Source of the DNA: Octopus vulgaris
Taxonomy: Eukaryota
NCBI GenBank assembly: GCA_951406725.2
Contig: OX597823.1
Location: 66,340,001-66,404,000 of the forward strand
Direction: 5' to 3'
Length of the DNA stretch: 64,000 nt
Numbering within the stretch: position 1 is the first letter of the stretch; every line of letters starts with the position of its first letter. Positions 38,400 to 53,300 of the stretch are shown here, one piece after another. The translations under genes and the position numbers were made by a program. The notes under the pieces were generated by a model. The model did not search any database, had not been told where the DNA came from, and was given only the letters and a program-made list of their open reading frames with translations.

Positions 38400-39350
38400 G
38401 CCCTGAAAATATCCGTAAAGAAAAAGTGGCAAAGATTCAGTAAGAAGGAAGCAATAGGGAAGACAAGAACATAGTAAAACGAAAGTAGTAATCTTAGAGA
38501 AGATTCTTAAGAAAGTATAACGACTTTTCAACGACAAACATAAACGTTGCATAATCAGAGCTAGGATACCTGGTTAAGACACGAAGGAAAAAATCTATTC
38601 CATGTGTGCGAGTGGAATATGCACAACGAGCCTGTGATTCTCTTTCTCAATCCTGAGCACACGTGTTATCATTCAGCGGCAATTTGCTCAAAGGTTCGGA
38701 GAGGCGGGTCGGACCACAGAATATACTACACTGCTTACCAAATTATCACAACTCACTGCAGCAACCGCTCGATAACAGCTACGGAACTACGGGAAGAGGT
38801 GATATGATAGGCTTTTCGAGAAGTAATTACTTTTACATGCCAAATATGGCTAAGGGTACTTCTGTGCATGTAGAGTTTATCTCAAACAAACAATGAGTCA
38901 TGGTAGGACTGCCAGCATAAGGGGTTTCTGGAAATTCTCTATGAGCTACTGCCCGACATACATTCGGTGCAAACCGGCCATCTGGTCGCTATCGACTCCT
39001 TGATTTACCCTCAGATTGCTCTCAATGTTTTGGCCTCTAATCCTCTATGGAAGACCACGATGAAAATATCAACAACTTTCTTAAACGGTTGTACAAAGCC
39101 ATGTACGACTGGCGATAACCTGGTGCCAAAGTCTAAATTTAAGCTAATCGGGGAATGCAGACCTATCAATCAGATAAGCTATGGGAGTACTCGTCTGACA
39201 AATAGAACTTAATCCGTAGTCGTGCTCTACTGAATAAATACACCAAGGAGATACAATCTGGATGAACAGGTGCGTTTTGTTCATGCCACCGGTAGGAGAA
39301 ATCTAATCGATATCTATCTGACAGTTGGAAACTCATCACAACATAGCCCT
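38400..39350 (+). mobile_element. Ancient L1/Tx1-like ORF2 remnant
   Basis: CIIRARI (~38548), LVPKSKFKLIGECRPINQIS (RT domain 1-2 like, ~39120-39180), and EQVRFVHATGRRNLIDI (cf. EQxGFVxGRxIxDNI). Confidence 0.5.
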
Positions 39351-41435
39351 ATTTAATTAGCTCCATAGACTCCCATCATACATACAAGTTACAACTTTAG
39401 CACTAAAATAAGCAGAATCTTTCCAGGAAACACTTCGGACACCTAAACAAATCTGGTCACCTCACCCCTTATATTTTCTAAATTGTTCCATCCGTTTGCG
39501 TTCCTTTCACTCACATTCGTCTATGGAATCAATACTTATTCACACTCATATTGGATTTCTGGTATTTGGAAGGTATTAGTCGAATATATTGACCTTAGTA
39601 GTTGACTGGTACTTTATCTTAACCACCCTGCAAAGAAGGAAAACTGACCTCGGAAGGATCTGAACTAAGAAGGTAAAGAGCTGAAAGAATAGAAGGCATT
39701 TTTTCGATTCTCTAACCATTTTACCTGTCCACTACAGTTACATTACGTATATTGTCGGTGTGTCAGTGTATAGCTAATATAATCAAACAACTGGATAATT
39801 CATTGTCGAAAATTACAAAGGCTATATTTATATTTCTTTCATTTTTTTTCACATCATCTTTATCTTCTTTATCGTGGTCTTCAAATTTATCTTTGTCATT
39901 GTAGTAATGTAAATTGTCTGAACATTTTTTCTCACATAATTACTGTTGTGAATCCGATTTTAATATCCACCAAATAAATCTATATGTAAGAGACTTTAAT
40001 TGTTGATTAAAGTTACAGAAATTCACTCGTTATTATTGCCAAATTACTCTTCATGATAAATATTTGATGTTACTGAGTGATGTGACAATGCATAGCATTT
40101 TGTTGTCAATTACTATGTAGTGGGAAAATTGAAAATGCATCGATTATCATATTTGTAGTATTAGCTTTCGTCTGTTGGTTACGCTGATTTCAGATACGGT
40201 CGTGTTTCAATTTAGACTTTCATCTTATCGGTGTTGAATTTGCCTTTCATCATGTACAGAGGTCGATAGAATACGCGCCACTTCTGTATGCTCATCAGTT
40301 TAATCGACTATGCTCTCTAAATCACTTTTACCATGATGCGAGTATTAGAAAGCAAAAGGTTTGTGGATGTTAAGGTCGATAGCTTACCAGATAAAAAAAC
40401 ACAGTAGTTTTTAATTATATCTCTTTAGGTTTCCAGTTTGAACATCCGGAGGCGGGTATATTTTGCTTTCATCATGTCTGTGTCGACAACAAATTTATGA
40501 TTCAATTACCGGGATCGATTTAATTTATTCGACCCCGCTCCTGCTGTTTGTAATATGTCATATGATACCAATATTAAAGAGTGCGAACTGTAGAATCAAT
40601 AGTGTATCGAACGGAAATGATTTTTTATATTTATTCCCATCCCTAAATGTACTAAACTTACACTCATCTGGTATCTTGCAACAAGTATAGGAGAAGGGGG
40701 TGATTTAATCGACATGCATTTCAGAATTTGCATTGCAGTTTATTGAACATTGTAAAAATCGATATTATATTATATAAGAAAATGGAAACATTGATCTGAT
40801 ACATCTACTATATAAAATTTGTGCATTTTATATACTTATAAATAAAAAAATTCATTATTTTTTATTTTTTGTTTGGGTTTAGTTGAAAATTAATATATTT
40901 AGCTACTCCAAAGATATTAGACAAAATTGTATATCTTTCTCTAACAAACTGAGATATTTTGAGTTTAGGCCATTTGTCTTTATTCAAAACGCTTATTTAT
41001 CTGGCAATATCTTCGCTTTTTTTTTTACAAACCAAGGCTAAGTAATTTTTACACCAGGTGTCAAAAAATACGTTTGTAGGCAGACAAATTAGGAAAATAT
41101 TTGATATCATACGAGCAGAAAAACCAGAATAAAAACGTAACCTTTTCACATGGATATGTTATACTTAGGGAATCACTTTAAATTCAGCTGCTTCAAAACC
41201 GACTTGCACTATGTTCGACACAACATACAGTGATTAGTTAAATATCTTTACAGATGTTGAATAGCACGATTATGGATTCAGGGTAAGTATGGTACCTGTC
41301 AGTTTATCTTTCTAACTTTAACAAGCAAGTATTTGCTTTAGTGGTGTCTTCTTTTCTTTTAATCAGATGTTCATATAATCTTTATTCTTTAAGAAAGATG
41401 AAAATATTATTAACTACTGAAAGCAAAGAGCGTGG

Positions 41436-41783
<348 letters not shown>

Positions 41784-42384
41784 CCCTTTTGGTATAATGT
41801 GACTTAGCATCCATCCATTTGAAACCACTCCATAAATATCTTGTTCTATTTTTTGAATAATGAACATAATTTTTCCTTATAGAACTATTGATAATATAAC
41901 GTAATCAAAGAGTGTTGTGTACAATGTGACATAGTCAGCGAAGCAGCAAAAATAAAATAATTTATCGCTGTTTACCCAAACAGTGTGTGTATGTACGTAT
42001 GTATGTGAGTATGCGAATATATTCATATGTGTATGCATACATATGTGTGTGTATATATACATATACATGAATGTGTGTTTATGAATGGGTGTGCGTTTCT
42101 ATCATCAACATGAATACAACTATCACAAGCAAAGATAATATATATTATGAAGTAGATAAGCAAATCCATTTCCAATAAATATATATAATGTGGTATCCTG
42201 GTTTATTTTAAAAGTAGAATGAAATGTCTTTGATCTATGAGAATAGACGTGAGATTAATCAGCAACAACAATACAATTATCAACAGCAACATGACCACCA
42301 CATTATCAAAAATATCCGCTCATCATCACTATCATCTAAAACCAATGCAGTCCACATCATCACCAATATCAACGCAGCAACTTT

Positions 42385-43275
42385 CGAATACTAAATAATA
42401 TAAACCCTAACATTCAATTTACAATGGAATATGGCAAAGAACAACTATATTATGATAAAATAATATGATGAAATATCCTCTTTAATTTAGCAAAAACACT
42501 TGCACAATATGTCTGATGGAAATACTCGGGACTTTTATCTTCAGAATACACAACAGCTCTAACTGAAAGACAATATCCATCCTCAGTTATAGAAGATGGG
42601 GTTAAGCGTGCTTAGAAATTCAGTATTACAACACTAAATTTAACAAAATGTAACACCACACATCCATCTCAAAACAATACCGTATATATCAACCTACAAC
42701 CCTAGAAACAATGAGGCATATAACACTATTGTACAAAATCTGCCTTTGCTCACTAGAGACCCAAAAATGAACAACATTCTTAAAACACATAAATTCATCA
42801 AATGCAAAACGCCACACAAATCGTTGGAAAGACTTCTGACAAATGCAAAGCTTTACACAACCACGAAACCAACGGTTAAAAAATGTGGACGCCCAAAATG
42901 TGAAACTTGCCCCAACCTACTGGAAGACTCGGAGTTCTTATTCAAACAAGGAGAGAGGTTTACAATTAAAATCAGCTTCGTTTGTGCTTCCGAGAATATA
43001 ATTTGTTATAACTAGTTCAGTTAATATGTAGGACAGACAAGTATGATACTGAGATACTGAGACGGAGAACCACAATAGATAAGGAACAGTTTCGGGTCCC
43101 GCAATACAGACTGATTCATTTGAGTGAACACGTAGAGAGATGTGCAGGTAATATCCAACTAAATTTCAGTTTTTGCCAAATAACAGTGCAAAGAAACAAT
43201 TTCTGTACAAAAGCAGCTAAATAAAGAAAATCTGTTCATAGAAAATACACATGTCTAAATATGAACGTATGACCT
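42385..43275 (+). mobile_element. Penelope-like element (Neptune-type) remnant: RT thumb, Cys linker and GIY-YIG endonuclease
   Basis: LNNINPNIQFTMEYGKEQL, QYPSSVIEDGVKRA, TYNPRNNE, KKCGRPKCETCP, FVCASENII, YVGQTS, LSEHVERC. It ends next to (TA)n. Confidence 0.85.
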
Positions 43276-43375
43276 CAGTATATTTTATATATATATATTT
43301 ATATATATATATATATATATACCCTTTGCATTACAACTCACCACGTGGAGATAATCTCATCGTCTCTCTTTGTTA

Positions 43376-43406
<31 letters not shown>

Positions 43407-45036
43407 ACTCACGCGTACATTTATATACATATACACGCACATCATACACGCACACACATATGTACAAGCTAAAACCAAAAGAGAAATATTAAAGTCCTAT
43501 GTGGCGAATACTCTTAATTTCTCTTAGATATAATTATATGAAAATGGCTGACAAAATTAAATGAAAATGTAAATAAAAGCATGTTTTATTCTGATTCAAC
43601 ATTTTCGATTGACATGTAGATATTGGTATATTGGAGTTTATTGACAATTAGCGTTCAATTTTATATATATTGGCTTTTGTCTTGCTCATCACACAAATTG
43701 AAATATTCTGCTATTCATACCTTTCAAAATGGAATAATATGAACAATAAACGAAAGATTTACAGAAATATATTGTGAGCTATGTAACATGACAGTCAGAG
43801 CTCTTAAGTATCAACAGAAAAATATCAATACTTTTTTATGACAATACAAACCAAAATTTATTTTCTTAATCAACTATATTAACTTTTATATGAATTATGA
43901 ATAAGGAATTCAAATAAAATGAATAACATTCTTTTGTTGATGACCACCTTAAATACTATAAACACTTCCTTTCATTACATATGCATTTCTTTGTACTAAG
44001 CGGCATAAAATCGAACAGACAGTCTTCTATTACATGTACTCCTCAGTTTCTTTCTAACTATCGCAAATTTTAGGAGCGCAAATGGGTGGTGGCGATAAGC
44101 ATTGTCTTTAGCTGCTTATAGAATGAATGAAATACCCTCTGTTTTGTCCAGCGATTAACATCTTTACCTTCAAAAATTATCTAGATCTTGAACTGCAGTG
44201 CTTGTTTCTTCATGAATATTTGACTCTTAGATTAATCGGACACATGCACTAAAGATTTTCATAACAATTTGCTTCAAAGTTCCTTAGAAAAGAGAAAATA
44301 TATATTTACGAATTTCCAAGAAATCATTAGCTTCGTCTGATATGAGAAAATCTATATAGCATAGACAAAGACACAGATAACAGAGAGTCATCTCGAAATA
44401 CGAATATATATGAATGGATATATAGTTGTGTGTGTGTGTGCGCGCACGTGTATCACAATAGGAAGGTGGAAGAAATGGTGTGTTGTTAATTTTTAATAAA
44501 TATGCTGAATATTTTAGGCATCTTTTGATAGATGAATTACTCAGCAACTAATGTTGTATGTTAACGTTTTCTATCCTTTTACGAACACCGATTCGTCTGT
44601 TAATAGTCAAGAAAAACTGGTAATCCGATTGCATACGTGTCTGAGAAAGAAAGACTATACCTCGAGGAACAATTAATATAAGGATTCTATATTGGAGAAA
44701 TGGATATTATTAATACATCGTCAAAAGTTATGTTCTTAATAATGTTATCTTTTTAGCTCAAGGTACATTTAGATATGAAGGTGATGTGATATTTTTCTTT
44801 GTTTTTGTATGCATGCTTTGAGATTTATTTTATAGAGGATTTTAATATGTTTTTTCTATTATTCAGTGTTATTCACAAAGTGAACTTATCGCAAATTCCG
44901 ATGGTGACAGCTGTCGTATTGTATCCTGCCGAAATTGAGGAAACACCGGTCAAGTACTGGTTTGAGGAGAAGCATAATTGACTATTAATTCCCCGAAAGT
45001 CTTGTAGCTTTAAAAAAATTAATATCTAGTTAGACA

Positions 45037-45247
45037 AAGGCGGTGAACTGGTAGAATCGTTTGCACGCCGGACGTAAGGCTTAGCGGCATTTCGTCCGTC
45101 TTTATGTTTTAAGTCCAAAGTTCGTCGATGTGGACTTGCCTTTCACCTTCTTTTCGGGGTCGATAAAATAAGTAGCCTTTGAGTGTTGGGGTCAATGTAA
45201 TTAGCTCCTCCCCTGCACTTGCTGGCTTTGTACCAAAATTTGAAACC
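45037..45247 (+). mobile_element. SINE family B, diverged, with a degenerate TSD
   Basis: aaggcggtgaactggtagaatcgtt...ttcggggtcgataaaataagta; flanks aatatctagttagac / aatattaagtcagac. Confidence 0.8.
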
Positions 45248-46627
45248 AATATTAAGTCAGACTCTTAAAATATATTCTGATATTACATATTGCTGCGTTC
45301 CAATTCCTTTTTATTTCTGATTTTGTCTAAGTAATGAGCAACTTTGATCAAAAGGAAGCGTAACAAAATACACTGCATAGAGGTCAGTCTGGCTGTTTTA
45401 GGGACTCTTAGATTGTCATTATCTAATGTTTCATATTTTAAACAAGACAGCATATAATTCGACGGATATATGGATGCTATTTCTGGAAATTTTAGTGACT
45501 GTATTTTGGTTCACTCGTTGATACATCAGTTTACATTTTATTGCTGTATGGTGAAATACAATAAGACACAGTAGCATAGCTTAAATTGATTTATCATGTT
45601 ATGCTGCTTTCCTTTGAAATGTGTGTCTTTAAACCAAGAAAAGCAGACATTATTACATCCTGATAAAATATAGAAACGTGGCCGTACCAACTGTTCTGTG
45701 ATATTTTGAAAATTCTTTTACGTTATAATGATAATACTATTTATAGTTGCAAGTGAGTTCGCATTTTCTCGTGCTTATATCGATAATATAATTCCAGTAA
45801 GGTTCTTAGAATTGTTTAATCAAATACGTCCACCAAAATATATTTCCTATGTCAACGATACAAAATAAATATTCTCCATTTTGGTTGTCTATTTTCCTTT
45901 TTATATACATTTATACTTTCCTCATCTGCATTTCACTCTTCATCATCCTCATTTAAATGAAAGGTATCAGCATATAACACTTCAAGCCTATGATATCTTG
46001 TACACTACCTGCTCGCAAATCAGTTAAAAATTCTAAATTATTAAAATGTCCATACTAATATAATGTTATATAACAAAAGCACTGGTTTCTACTCGAAGCA
46101 CTCAAAATACATTAAACATTATTATCTGTTACTGTTAAGTATGTAACATAAACTGGGCATACGATTAAAGGCTGCTACACCAACGAAAGAGCCTACACAT
46201 AGACACTCGATCTGCCTGAAGTATAGCAACCATATCCTAAGTTACGTGCTAAGTTCTTTCAAACGGTATAGCCCATTAGACGGTGTTGTCCTAAAAATCC
46301 CTTAAGAAACAAGATTGGAAAACTGTGAATGCCTTTACTTATACATTAGTAACATTGCAGCTTTTTGGAAGAAGAATTCTGTCGATTCAATCTAGTCAAA
46401 TACATATCTATTATGTATTTATGAAGATTTCCTTAAGGAAAATGCAAACATGGCTACAATGAGATGCAAACAATGAAAATGGATTGGCCTCCATTGGCTG
46501 TGATACTCAAGTACAACTTATAATTCGACTACTTATAGATAGATATGTGTTTGTATCTGTGTATGTGTTTGTATCTGTGTATGTGTTCATACACACACAC
46601 ATACGCGCACACACACACACACACACA

Positions 46628-46666
<39 letters not shown>

Positions 46667-46669
<3 letters not shown>

Positions 46670-47213
46670 GCAATAAAGATTCAAGTTAATTTAAATGAAT
46701 TTACTTGAATATGGTACCTAACTTAGATGCACCAAAAAAAACTATACTGATTTAACAATACAGTAATGTGGGGTGATTATAAGCGAGAATGAAGCAACAA
46801 GAATGGATAGGTTTTTAGTACAATCGTTTCATACAGATATTATAATATGGATAAATTTGTCTTCTGTGAGTATGTAATCCCTCATCATATCTCTGGAAAT
46901 TCATATGTGCACTATGGATTAGGTCACCTTCTCTGTGATGCTATTAAGACTTTTTTTAAATTCTGTGATAAGACTGTACATCATCTTTAAAGAACTTTAA
47001 TGAACTTTTGAAATCTGTTTATGTTACTTAATTATCTACATTACTTCATGAGTATAGGCTCAACCACTAGGATGTCTAGAGAACTCACATGTATTTTAGC
47101 TGATGAGTACGGGACACGTTTATATGCTGTAATTTTTGCAACTTTTAATAAAACCTGTCCTTGTATGAAACGATTGTACTAAAAACCTATCCATTCTTGT
47201 TGCTTCATTCTCG

Positions 47214-47218
<5 letters not shown>
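46667..47218. mobile_element. Non-coding Penelope-type insertion with an inverted pseudo-LTR pair, inside (TA)n
   Basis: Perfect ~57-bp inverted repeat at ~46778-46835 and 47162-47218, with a hammerhead in the right arm. (TA)n lies on both sides. Confidence 0.75.
47094..47184 (+). ncRNA. Type-I hammerhead ribozyme motif, sub-family 2 (long stem II)
   Basis: UUUUAG-CUGAUGA-guacgggaca...uguccuuguau-GAAA-cgauug-UA-CUAAAA. Stem I is a perfect 6 bp, the core is intact, and the predicted cut is after GUA at 47178. Confidence 0.85.
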
Positions 47219-47251
<33 letters not shown>

Positions 47252-47455
47252 TCTATATTTCGTTTGGGGTTTTGGCTTGCTAGATTCTTTATGTGAGTTC
47301 GTGTGTTGAAGCATATTTTGTTGTGTCTGGGGAGAGTCATTCTCTTTTAGTGCCTTATAATTTAGCACAATCACCGGTAAAATTTCCTCTTATTTCTTTT
47401 TTATATTTTTCTAAAATTTTCGTTGCGTCTTGCAACCTTTTCAATAGTTTTGACG
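47252..47455 (-). repeat. Second copy of the unclassified ~190-bp repeat (see 11876-12062)
   Basis: Reverse-complement homology, also next to (TA)n at the same end. Confidence 0.75.
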
Positions 47456-47684
47456 TTATTTACACTGCGTTCCTTTTTGCTTGTGCGCATGTGTAGGCTA
47501 GTGTGTGTGTGTGTGCCTACACATTTATGTATGTATGTATGCATGTATGTATGCATGTGTGTGCGTGTGTGTATATGTATATATGTATGTGTGTATATTT
47601 TTATGTATGTATGTATGTTTCATATTCATGTTTGCGTGTCCGTGTTTGTGTGTTCTTGTGTATGTTTTTGCATGTGTGTGTGTT

Positions 47685-47723
<39 letters not shown>

Positions 47724-47855
47724 ACCTCTGGCTCCTTGTGTGTGTGTGAACCTCTGTCTCCTTGTGTGTGCGTGTCTGAATGTTTGTCTGTGGGTGTGTT
47801 TTGCAACTATGTACCGTGTTTGTAAGAATGTATGTGCATCTCCATATGTGTGGAC

Positions 47856-47966
47856 GAGTGTCTCCATATGGGTCCTTGTATGTATATATGGTCATGTGTT
47901 TCAGTCTTCAGATGAGTGTCTCCATATGGGTCGTTGTGTGTATATATGGTCATGTGTTTCAGCCTT
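47856..47966. repeat. 58-bp tandem duplication
   Basis: gagtgtctccatatgggtc...gtatatatggtcatgtgtttcag starting at 47856 and at 47914. Confidence 0.9.
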
Positions 47967-48189
47967 CCTTTGTGTATGTGTGCGTATGTGTACATGTCTG
48001 TTCATATAACCTACGTACCTGTCCGTCTGTATAATGGTCTGTTTATTTTCATATCCATATGCTTACATACATGTGCATATGCATATATATACATACACCC
48101 ATCCACACAAACATACACTCATCTATCCACATAACAGCCCACTAACTATTCTACTGTAGCGGTGTAAACTGTGGGTAAGTGGGTATGAT

Positions 48190-48630
48190 ATCTACTATGT
48201 ATATTTCCTATTTAGTATAGGGAAGTTTAATTTATGGGGACGTACTCCTTTGGGTGCTTAGTAAGACGCGGATGTCAAGTTTTCCCTGGTTGACTCCATG
48301 TTCGTCCTTGGCATCTTGGTAGAGTATGGAGGACTGTTGTTTGTCGTCATATTGTCGCCTAGAAGTCTCTGGTATGTATGTCATAGTCATGTCTTTACTA
48401 ACACCTTATGTTGTAAACTACATTTTACAGTTAATGCCAGAGTTAATCCTACATACCATCATTGGTGCATATGGTGTTCTTAAAGGGGTACGTCCTAAAT
48501 AGTTGTGATCTGTCGGAGTTGTCTGGCTTTTTAACAGCCTTAATATTGAGTTTGATCTCCTTCAGGGCTTTTCTAAATCTACACACTAGTTCTCCATGGA
48601 TTGTGGCCTCTACAAATATCACTCTTTGAT
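48190..48630 (-). mobile_element. Degenerate Penelope GIY-YIG endonuclease remnant
   Basis: Minus strand GINCK / VVYNIRC / TYIPETSRR (cf. NVVYxIxC...YIGETSR) at ~48350-48440. Confidence 0.55.
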
Positions 48631-49453
48631 ATTTGCTGGTATTATACCACGTGTTCGTTCTGTTTGCTTTGTCACAAGTTCTTTATATCCTATTCCAGTC
48701 TTTATTTCTATATATAGCGCAGGTACCACTGGTATCATTACGTATATTATCTAATTTCCTTCTATATACACACATATATATATATATATACATACACATA
48801 TATATATACATATATATATATATGAGTGTGTGTGTGTGTGTGTGTGTGTGTGTACACGCAAGCGAGGGAGTGCGCTAGTACACAAGCCTTCATATAATAT
48901 GTAATAGGAAATTAAAGTTAAAAATGTGATGGGTACATACTCATATTTGCACGTGTACACGTGTGTTTATGGGAGTGTATAATTGTATACATATATACAT
49001 ACATATGTGTGTGTGTTTGTGTGTGTGCGCGCTTCTTTATATGCACGTGTATATGTTTGTGAAAGGGAATGAACATCGTGTGTGAGAATATATGTTTAGA
49101 TGCAATGGAGCATGGGTGGTTGGCTGTCTGGTTAGCTATCAGGTTGGCAGGCTGACTGGTGGCTGGCTGGCTGGTTGGCTGAAGAGATAGTTGTATAGAT
49201 GAATATACAGCTATTGTAAGTTATCTTGCTAAGTATCAAATAGCATCAAGACAACAAACACTCCTGAGACACACTGCAGGCTATAATTTTCAATCATGAA
49301 ATGTAATCATGAAAGCGCTTGTATGTTTTTCTCTTCTAAACTTCTATATTTAGTTAATACTTATGAAAAAGAACTACTGCTGGAAAGTATTTTCCACTTC
49401 AGAGGTATACATTAAATAATATATCAAAAAATAGGCTCAAGAAAAATACACAA

Positions 49454-49521
<68 letters not shown>

Positions 49522-50080
49522 TGCATATGTTTTTCAGCATTACCAATATAGTAAATAGCATAATGAAGTGACTTAATTCAAATCGTGTCAAGCAATATAA
49601 TGTTGGAGACAATTTATATTTAAATTATTGAAAAGAGGATAAGAAAGATTGAACGATATTCAATCTTAAGCACGATTCAATAATTTGCCCGAAACATAAT
49701 TACGTTATCTGAACAACGAAAGTATTCACAAAAAAAAAAAAAGATACATATGCCACTCAGATATGCGGTACATGTTTGTACGAGAGTGTAATTGTTGTGA
49801 AAGTTCAAATAAAGAACATACATCCGTCTGTATATATGTGTATCGTATAAATGTATGCATATATAAAGACCGTGATCTATATATATATTTTCCCCCTCTA
49901 TTTTCTCATAGTACAAGCCTGATCACTTGCTATGCTTATAAAGCGCAATATAGCCCTCGTGTGCTTTAATTGTGTCTCAGTGTTTCGTGTGTTCAGTTTC
50001 GTGTTACGTTCCGCAAAGAATATTCTTCCACCCTTTACTTCTTAAGGGGAGACTCAAAGAGTTATGCTTTCTGTTCTTCT

Positions 50081-50325
50081 TTCTCTTTTACTTGTTTCAG
50101 CCATTAGATTGCGGCCAAACTGGAGTACCGCCTTGAAATGATTTCGTTGAACAAATAGACCTAGTACATGTTGCTTTCGTTTTAGGTGTAGCACTTATTT
50201 TGTTGGTCAGTCTTGCCGAGCTGCTAGATTATACAGAACTTAAACAAACCAACTCACAAGGCTTTGATCGGTTCGGGGCTGTAGTAGATGACATTCGCAG
50301 AAGGTTCAACACTGAGTCACAGCTC
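50081..50325 (-). mobile_element. Old, internally deleted SINE family A
   Basis: ttttacttgtttcagccattagattgcggcc...ctcacaaggctttgatcgg. Confidence 0.7.
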
Positions 50326-53300
50326 TTATTAACCTTTTAAAAAATAATGTTCAAAGATAACAACTTGTTATGAAGCACCATACAAGTACTTGTGATCGGA
50401 TATGGGTACACTTTGTTGATATTGTTTAGAGATTCTAACAACATTCTTTCGTCTATGGATATCGATGCACTCGTTGTATTAGTTGCTACGTTATTTTGTT
50501 ACTGTATTTTGTTTTATTCCACATTGATTTGTAAGATATGTTATGGCAGAGACATCATCTTATGTCCTCAGAAATAGTTTATCATAATTAACGCCATTAC
50601 ATTTTAGGTCTCACAATATATATTTTCTAATAGATGTTAACTCTTTATAAGACCAACAAACGTAGTGACATAATTAGAACAAACATTCAAATTGTATATA
50701 GAATTATATGATATAGTATTCTGTAACTTTTTTTCGCATAAATGTATGCATAGATAAAGACTGTTGTCCATAGACATCTTCTTTATCCTGTACATAATCT
50801 CAGTAGTAAAGTGTATGCAATGTATTCTATCTCTGAACCTATAACACCATTTATCACGTCTCAAGCTTAGGTCTTCTCATTCCTTTGGATCAGGTTGTTT
50901 CCCTACACACCTCTGGACACAAACTTTGCTAATAACACATAAGCTTCACTTTCTTTATTCTTAATGAGATTGTTATAATATATTTTGAAACCTTTATCTT
51001 CTCTTTACATTGGCCAACATTATGAATAGGTTATTTATAAATAACTGTCTCTTTCTGACCCTCGAGAGCTAGTTTATTCTTCAACCCTTCCCTCACAGTC
51101 GTATGTGGTTGACGCACCTTTTTCTTGACCCTTTCACACACTTCCACATATATTTTTCGTTGTCACTATTGATTATGCTGAAAGTCTAAACGTGATTTAA
51201 CTCCTAGCATTACTACAGCAGAAGCAATAACAACATGAAGATATAAATAAATGTATTTCGCTGAAATGCAATCTGAGAACTACTTAGTCAGTAGAAACTT
51301 AAATGTAATACTTAAAGTAGTCAACACTAATTACTAAAGAAAGATATGTACTTCTGAGAAAGTAAATGCGTGTGTGTGTTTCTGTAAGTGTGCAACATAC
51401 ACTTCATTCCAACATTGTGAGTAAGTTCGTTGTTTATGTTATAAACATATTACATGTAGTCACACGTAAGATATGTCATTAGAATATAAAGCTTTGTTCA
51501 CACATAGTTTCAGTGTAAGGTTTCTTTCCTGCACACTGTCTTAGTTATTGAATATCAGCATACAAAATGTAACGAAATTGCTAGGAGCTGAACATAATTT
51601 TTCATCTTGTTTTTCTTAAGTGTTTTATAAAAGAATGTTGCTGAAATTTTTGAATTAAACTGAGCGAAATTTTTGTTTCATTGTTAGCTTTACAAAATGG
51701 ATAATCAGAATGTATCTCGTATACGACACAACAGCTAGTGGATGCTGGCTACGATGCTTTATAATTTATCTACATGAGGGGCAACTGACGTAATCAGTGT
51801 TGGATATTGTATTCAGTTGCTGCGACTTGTAGTAATTGCAGTGAAATTTCACTCAAATCGCACTTTGCCTCATTAAAAGAAACGGAAACTACTTAATGCA
51901 ATCGTATCTATAGCACCCGGCACTGACGCTGACCATGCATCTGCATGTATATACGCTGACAAACGGACGGTTGTCGAAGGACGACTGGCTGTTATCCATG
52001 CATGAAGGATTCACTCTCTTTTTTTTTTTACGGATGTCGTGTAAAATAAAGGATGACATCGCTTGGCTTACGTATTATTGCAGGCATTATTGTCAGAAAG
52101 CAAAATCAGAACAACTAACAGAGTCACCTTTCACGTCCCTCTACCAGTGCCACCAATTTACAACCCTGGAAGTTTTGTCGCCCCAAAGGGATAAGCAATA
52201 AATTAACCTAAACTGTATTTGAGCTGACAGCGAAAAGTGTCAGAACAAATACGGTATGGTGTTCTATCCAAAGTTCAAACAACTCTATTACATTTAGTCG
52301 TAGATGCAACCAAAGAGAGCGCGGCATTGGCTTGCAAGCCATTCATAACACTACAGTAACATATTATTGTTAAATAATATTGCCGTTTTGAAAGATAAAT
52401 ATACTGGGATGAACGAGTCTGACTTCCAAAATATATGCCAACAGTCATCTTTCAAAAATAAAGCACAAAAGTCGCAAAACATATCTAAGAGCTAAGGAAT
52501 AGCAGTATACCACACACAATCAAGTGCAGTATCGCAGAGAGATCTATGCCAGTTTAAAGAATACATGTTAGGTAGAAGAACTGCACTGGCATTCTAAATT
52601 CGAGATCAGAAATATTTACAGCTAATAGACATTTCAAGAGCTTTCGTTTAGTGAACTAGAAGGCAGCCAACGCATCGAATTAGACGCATGCAGTTTGACG
52701 CATTTTAGCCTTTCTCCTTTTCGACTATGCCCTCTAAGCATTGTTATTGTAGACGTAATCAGTCAACATTAAATATTTTCTTAATCTTACAGGTTAAAGT
52801 GTTATAAACATTAATCTATTTTTCCTTAACATTATCTTCTCAATTATTTCTCCCATATCCTCATGGAGTAATCAAGTCATTTGAAACTGAACAAATGCTG
52901 GATCGCACACAATGTGCCATATACGTCCAATCACTTACTGCATTATCCGACCATGAAACTTGAAGTAGATCAGGTAACACACTTGTATTCATTAAATGAT
53001 ACTTATATTTCACCAAACTTTGCTGATTCTACAAACAAGCAAGTACTGTAATTTCTGTGTATATGTCTATGTGTGTGTAATACCTTGTCATCTTATAAAA
53101 ATCATGACACCTTAATCATTCAAGCGTTTAAAGAGTTACGCATATTGAGTATATATTTTGGATATGTATTTTATTAAATGTATCTAAAATGCAATCTAAT
53201 TTTCTGCTTCACATTCACTTAAGAAATTAAAAAATACTCATTTATGAAATGGCTCATACAAATCTTCTCCAAGTTCAATACGTGTGCTGAGAATAATGCA

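Noticed and set aside
40750-41180. Possible non-autonomous DNA transposon ending in ctttaa
   Set aside because: No matching terminal inverted repeat identified
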